DNA of 64,000 bases from Mobula birostris (taxonomy: Eukaryota): positions 46,738,439 through 46,802,438 of the forward strand of contig NC_092371.1 of the NCBI RefSeq assembly GCF_030028105.1. Direction: 5' to 3'. Under the pieces are notes generated by a model that was given only the letters and a program-made list of their open reading frames with translations, did no database searches and was not told the DNA's origin. Below, piece by piece: positions 57,190 to 64,000 of this stretch. The position numbers and the translations under genes were made by a program. How positions within the stretch are numbered: position 1 is the first letter of the stretch; the number at the start of each line of letters is the position of its first letter.

Positions 57190-60100
57190 TAATTCTCTAT
57201 GACATCCCAGAGGTCATCACACAGTTTGAGAAAATGACATTTATGGGTGTCCAGTGACTTGCAACCATTAATGGGCTGCATCCAATTGGATCGGGTTTGC
57301 CTCCTGGGCTAATCTGGTTTGAATGCAGAAAGCCAGTCTTACTATCCATCAGCAGCTGGGAGGCGACCACCAGCAACAAAGAGGAGATGTTCAGCAAGTC
57401 CTCAACAATGAGAGGACCTTAGGATGAACACCAATGAAACCCAGACTTTGCCACCATTGATACAAAAAAAGCTTTGACTCTGATGCATTGCTATTCAGAG
57501 AGATGGGGGATCCATAACACTTGACAGATAATGTCAATGGAAGTTAAATTATCTTCCATTCCTTGTTCCTGGCATACCTGCACTACTTTAGATGGCTGCC
57601 CTATAGCTCAATTCATGCATTGGGCCCAGTAAGACCACAGCAACAATATTCATGGCAAAGGGGTAATAAGGGGAGAACAAGAAGTCATTGAGACATTGAG
57701 TCAGCACACTAAATGGCCAATCAGCCACTTCAGCACCGAAGCAGAGAACAGAGGAGACAGTCAAGTGACTGCATTGTCATTTAAATATTGCCATTTTAGT
57801 GAATAGAATACCATGAAACATAATTCTTTGTGATCATTAGTTGTTGTGAAACAGAAACTAAGTTTCAGCTGCAGAAACTCTAAATGATCACTGCAATGTC
57901 ATTCCATCCGTATCGCAGTGGCAAAGGGCATAATTAATCTAACCTTAAATGTTGAATCAAATCTAACTGACCAGTTACTTTGCTGAGAATGACGCTGTTT
58001 TTGCAACCTGCAAATGTATCAAAAGGAAGATCAAATTTTACTGCACAGTGCAGAAAAATACACCATTGTGAGGTCCAGATTCTAGGTGGGAATATTACAA
58101 CAAAGATTTTAAAATTCATTTGAAATTCTTGACATCTTCAGGAGGCTTTTTCAGCTCATGTTGCCTCCAAGTGTTTCGGATCCAAAACACAAAGGGACAC
58201 AGTACACCATTACAACTATCAAAAAATTGTAGACTTGAACAAATTGTACAAATAGAATGTACTTTGAAGCCTGTGGGATATGATTTATAGCCCATTTATA
58301 ACACTGGCCACCACGTTTGACTTTACGATTTATAGCCTGTGACTGTTGTTCCAAGAAAAGTGCTGACTAGCCACAGGCATGACTACTGTGTTCCTATTCG
58401 TAAATCTTAGCAAAAAATAGCTAAACTAGAACACAGATAAACATAGTTTATGTCTACATTTACTTTAAAAAAAGATCTTGCACTATTTAGTGTAACACAG
58501 CACGGTGCTTACTTCTGCCTAAATTTGCATTCGGGCTTGAGGTTCACAGGCATAGGACATCCATGAGCAGTAACTAGATGTTGTCTGGCAGTTGTAAGTG
58601 GCCCTTTATTCTGATCATTGTAACTGTTAAGCATGATGAGCCCTCCATTTCGATGCTCTGGGTCCAAATGTTCTTCACCCATATTATGGTTACATGGTTG
58701 CTTATCATTGGCTAAGCTCGTTTTCTACTGTGTGGTGACCATTTGATTTGTGGAACTGTCCATTCTGACAGCTTCACTTTTCCTATGATGTTGATGAAGT
58801 TTCAATTGGGTCTTTTCACAGAACATCAACAAGCAGTAACCAAGTAAGTAAAGCACAATTAATAACCTTCAAACAATTAGCAACTGCAGTGATATATTCT
58901 AACAATTGCACAAAGAACATGTCTCTCCCAGGCACTACCCTTCTCTAGCCTGCTCGTGGCCTTTCAATGCTCTGGGTGCACTCCTCTGCAGCTTTTTTTC
59001 CCCATAATTTCAACATCTATCCTTCAGTAGCAACACTTTCCTGTAGCCAAAAGTGTTGATATGTATTTTGCCTTACCATTGGACAACTAATAAGAATTAG
59101 CTTCACACTGTTTTTGCCATTAAGGCAAAATTGTCATTCATCCTGATGTTTGTGAAAATGTAAAAAGTGTAAGAGCTTCAGTTCCTAGGCTAATGAAACA
59201 ATATCGTCAGGTTTCTTCATGTAACATTATGCTGAAAGTGACATAATCAGTTTAAATGCAATGTTCCCTAATATAATAGGTTCTTGCATTTGCCAGACTA
59301 TGCCCCAGCAACTGCATTCTTTGAAGCTAAATCTTAAAAGTACATACACCAACAGTAACTGACATTCATTCAGCCAGAGGGAAATCTTACTCTTTAAGAA
59401 TGATAGGAGGCTGGTGGGGAAAGACTATGCCCAGAGTATTGAAAGAACATGAACTGGCTACTAAGCGACAGTGTCCACAGGAGGCATGTTCTTTGTGCAA
59501 GAATACAGTGGGGTCCCTCTAAAGTTATGGTCATGTTTTTCTGAGGAGAGATTGCTAGGGAATGTCTTTATGAGGGACATGTATGGTCAATGAATTGGGG
59601 AAGCTCATAATGTATGCAATTGCCATAGTGGATAATATGACTGTAACTTTGGGCTGAAGGGAAAGTAGATATTTGGTCTGGAGCTTTAATGACCTTCCTA
59701 ATGTGATAATGAGCTGAAAACTGTCAGATTGGCAGGTAAAATCAGTAACAGCCTAGAATGATCCTGAGGCTAGGAAATTTAGGAGACTCCATGGCCAAAG
59801 GAGTCAGGGCACACATGCAAGTTTTTATTTAAGGTAGCAAGATGTTATTCATCTCAGTGATGACAAAGAATGCAGTTTGAGTGCTGGTACTTTAAATAGT
59901 GTACTTACAGGGGGAAAAAAGAGTTATTAAGAAAGAAGTTTTGCAGTGGTCTGGTATGGTTGAAAACCTCACCGTAGAGGAATTCTACATATTGCACCAA
60001 AATTGATATCATTATGTGGAGTGTTACAAGAGTTAAAAAATGCCGTGGAGAATAAATTTGCTACAAAGAAATGCAGTGGCAAATTTTCAGTTAAGTACTG

Positions 60101-61399
60101 GCACCTACAAAAGTATATTGGGCTGATCTGTTATGGTATAAGCCAATCTTCAACAAGATAGCACCATTTTTCTTGGGTTTGCATAAACAGATTCAGACTC
60201 TCTGTGACTTGCATTAATGTCTGCTATTTATTAATCAAAAAGTACAATTAGGCATATGTGAATTTCTAATTAGCTATTTGTTGAAAAATCTATAATTTAT
60301 TATTTCTATTTTTATATGCATGTATGACAAACTTAATTATAATTATATGATAATTCCAAGAATCCTGATATTTATCGTTAGAACAGTAGTTCACCATTAG
60401 GTTACCTTCTGCAGCTGTTCGTGTACTATGGATAATATTGCAAAGTGGCTGTGCCTGCTTATATTAGTATTTCAGGTTCTGAGTTGTGGGAATCATGCTG
60501 AAAAATATCCTTCTCTAGATAAATGCACCACATGACAATAATTTCTTTCAGGTTTTAATTAAATGTACAAAAGAAGAGAAAATGACTTTTAGAAGTATTG
60601 CCTTATCAGTGGTTCACTGAGATTTTCTAAAGAGAATGGAGAGCTTGTCTCTTTCTTTTTTCCATCTCCCACATGACATCTTGCTTCTTTTAAACAAAAA
60701 TGTTAGAACAAATGGATTTCTTGCAATAATTGTGAAAATACAGCAAGTACTCACATTATTCTTTCTTTAATCTTTGTTTCTGTCTCCAAGCAGATGGAAT
60801 ATTGCAATAACCAAATATCTCCCACAGAGTCAAACTGAAATGCAATCAGATTTTCATGCAATGAACAATGATGGCTTTTGATGATTGTGATATGTTCCGA
60901 TTTTCTACCCATTCGTAGTCAATAGGCAGAAAATGTAGTACATGACATTGCTTGTTTACTGCAATAAGAAAGAAGTACACTGATAACAATATACTAACAT
61001 CTAAATTCAATTGCATAACCCTGTTTATCTTGGTCTGCATTTTCAATGGAGCATTTGTCAACCTTGAGATTCTGATATGACCTTTACATCTAGGACTCAT
61101 ATCGGATGCTATACAAAACTCTTTAGAGAGGAATACAGAAAAAACTGGAGCACCTTCTGAACCACTATGCCTTCACATCATGGTACTGATCTCAGAGGCT
61201 TGTACATTAAGTTTGGTATGTGTGTTTTCCCATCACACCTTGACCTCTCCAGAACTTGTTGCCTTGTCTGAGTGGAGAGGCTTGAATGTTCAAATGACCT
61301 CAAGAGTGAGTGCTGCTGTAAGCTTCCACTCACATAGGACCACCATGGTGGTGAGGCTAAGGGAGAGATTCCAAACAAAGAATGATCCAAGAATGTGAC

Positions 61400-61705
61400 A
61401 ACTGCACTCCCCACCATTACGTGAAGCACTGCCACAAGAAAGCAGCATCCACTATCAAAGGCCTCCAGCATCCAGGCCATGCTCTCTTCTCGCTACCCGC
61501 AACTGAAGAGAAGGTACGGAAGCCTGAAGTCCAGCACCACCACTCATTACCCTCCAGAAATGGATTGGATAACTTCACTCACCACAACTCTGAATTGAGT
61601 TTGTGATCTACAGACTTTTTTTGCACGTGGGTTATATGATAGTGTTTATATGTGTTTTTCATATATTCTATTATATTTCTGTACTTTTCTTCTAAATATG
61701 TGTAA
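61400..61705 (+). mobile_element. Rex1/Babar-type 3' fragment, decayed
   Basis: HCHKKAASTIKGLQHPGHALFSL in ORF 61382-61606. Confidence 0.7.
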
Positions 61706-62889
61706 CAACTTAATGGAATAATTGGCCTCCCCCAATGTCATTAGGAAATATGAAAATTTAAGTTAACATGACAACTCTGAATGTCAACTAATAACTATCT
61801 TTGCTATGTTTCAGAAAGTTCTAAGTTCAGGATTTACTTCAAAGATTTAGTTAAAAAAGTCAGGCAGATAATACTGCACTCTCAGTGTTGCCAGCCGTTG
61901 TTTCATTTCCCATTAAATTGTAGCTCATCTTCTCTCTCAGAAAGTTATAAAATATCTCTCAGGGAAGAGCTGGTGGGTTAGGTCAAGTCACCCGAATAAT
62001 GTTAATCTTTCAGGGGCTGCCATTTTTCCTACACTACAACAGTGGCTACTATCCACTGGTCAAAATGCTCAGGAATTCATAACCTCCATTCTCCCAACTT
62101 TCAAAAAGCTCTATGTTAACAGATTCTTCTTTCTATTAAAGGTGGTTGAAAAAGACAGCACTGTCCAGAAATTCACCTATGATCAGCCTGGCTAAGCAAG
62201 TTCTATAGTAGGGGTTGACTGTTGTACTCTCCTCAACAACTTAGTTCCAGTGACTAAGGTGTGGACATTCTGAAGAATTATTGCCAAGAAATTGAAGTTC
62301 ACAGTCCTTTGTCACACTAAATTAACACACAATCGACCTAGTTGTCTGAAAAACTTGGCAAAGTTGGACAAAAATAAGTGAAACTAAGCACCTATAGCAA
62401 TCACCACATGAGATCATGCACTAAAATAGAACCTTGGCAACACATGACAGGACATGTATGATAGGTTTATAGCTGACTGCATCAATGTCATTCTGACTGC
62501 TGGGAAGCGAGTCAGAACTACAAGAGTTCTTCCTTTCATAAGCACAGTACAGAAATAGAAAAGGCTGCTGTGTAGGTGAGTGAAAATTTAGGGAAGTGGG
62601 ACATCATACTTCCTGTTGTTTTTCGTTAAACTCCATTACTGAACTGTCCCAACTGACTCCAGTAGCCCCAGGGCACTGCTAGGTTGATCAAAGGGCTAGT
62701 GATAACAGCAAGCAATTTAGTCCTGACTGTTTAAGTTCTGTAATCAGTGCAGGAGGTTTCAGTGAATTATCAAGCAGAATTCCAGCCAATGAGAATTGAC
62801 TTTGAATGGTGTTGTGTGCAGAATATCAATGTGACAATACATTGTGATACAATGTGGTCCTCTTTTTTTTGTGTGAGTGAACACCAAAG

Positions 62890-63371
62890 ATAGAAACATA
62901 GAAAACATAGAAAGTAGGTGCAGGAGTAGGCCATTTGGCCCTTCGAGCCTGCACCGCCATTCAGTATGATCATGGTTGATCATCCAACTCAGAACCCTGT
63001 ACCTGCCTTCTCTCCATACCCACGATCCCTTTAGCCACAAGGGCCATATCTAACTCCCTCTTAAATATCGCCAGTGAACTGGCCTCAATGTTTCCTGTGG
63101 CAGTGAATTCCACAGATTCACCACTTTCTGTGTGAAGAAGTTTTTTCCTCATCTTGGTCCTAAAAGGCTTCCCCTTTATCCTTAAACTGTGACCCCTCGT
63201 TCTGGACTTCCCCAACATCGGGAACAATCTTCCTGCATCTAGCCTGTCCAATCCCTTTAGAATTTTATACATTTCAATAAGATCCTCTCTCAATCTTCTA
63301 AATTCCAGCAAGTATAAGCCCAGTCCATCCAGTCTTTCATCATATGAAAGTCCTGGCATCCCAGAAATCAT
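62890..63371 (-). mobile_element. CR1 LINE 3' fragment (same subfamily as insert B)
   Basis: Nearly identical to 25480-25950; tail atagaaacatagaaaacatagaaa. Confidence 0.95.
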
Positions 63372-64000
63372 GGGTTTTCCCCAACAAACTTCAATTTCTG
63401 CTGGTTATAGAAGAAACAAGAGCTGTATGACCTATAGCATCGTCAGCTTTGCAATCAACACCAGCTAAATAACCGCCTTGCCAAAACCAACTTCCTGGTG
63501 GTCACTAACCACTCAGAAATAATGGCAAGAGTATCTGAGCATGTGCAAATGGTCGTTGCGTATAATTTGCACAATTGGATCCACCCATGAGACAAGAAAT
63601 GGTGTAACAGTTTTTCAAATTAGTTTCACCAGTGGACCTATACAAAGGGCAGGAATTCATTAGGGCATGTTAGTTTGTACACTTAAAGATTTTTTTGTTT
63701 ATTTAATTTGATCACTAAATGCTGTGTAACATTTTTAAAAGAGAAACTAAACACTGAGGCAGTTGCTATAATGTAAGGGAAGTGCACAAATGAAATAATG
63801 ACATTCTTCTGCTTCTGTACAACAGTGGATTAAGGCAAATCAGCAAATCTCAATAAGGAATAGATAGCCGTTCACTGAGGTGAATACAGGGACTTTTTTG
63901 GGTCATTATTTCAATATTGTTTACTGAATTCAGTGGTGAACAGAACAATGCATCTGTTTTTTTCTGTATCCCCTCACCATTCAGCTTCATAGTATATTAG

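Noticed and set aside
57400-62800. Host gene exons in the repeat-poor right end
   Set aside because: No ORF with recognisable protein motifs and no convincing splice-bounded frame. Short exons cannot be excluded without RNA-seq.

Overview
Eukaryotic, repeat-dense vertebrate DNA. The CR1/HER1-type LINEs, Rex1/Babar LINEs, V-SINE-like elements and abundant Penelope-like elements suggest a cartilaginous fish, probably a ray; this is inference. I found no host protein-coding exon, rRNA, tRNA gene or CRISPR array. Main contents: (1) a young Gmr1-type Gypsy provirus at 52128-56989 with 858-bp LTRs, a CCAT TSD and a tRNA-Pro-like PBS; its single 946-codon frame keeps Gag and protease but has lost the integrase and RT cores. 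(2) A 12.6-kb nest of CR1 LINEs at 23420-36006. (3) A fossil hAT transposase on the minus strand at about 36010-40450, split by four later insertions. (4) An RT-deleted Gypsy inside a hAT MITE, a TRIM-like LTR element, a solo LTR, and a one-LTR Gypsy remnant with an intact TSD. (5) Many Penelope-like fragments with minimal type I hammerhead ribozymes, including TSD-flanked mini-elements and fold-back forms that consist of little more than the ribozyme. All calls are by-eye motif and alignment reading; no database search was run.
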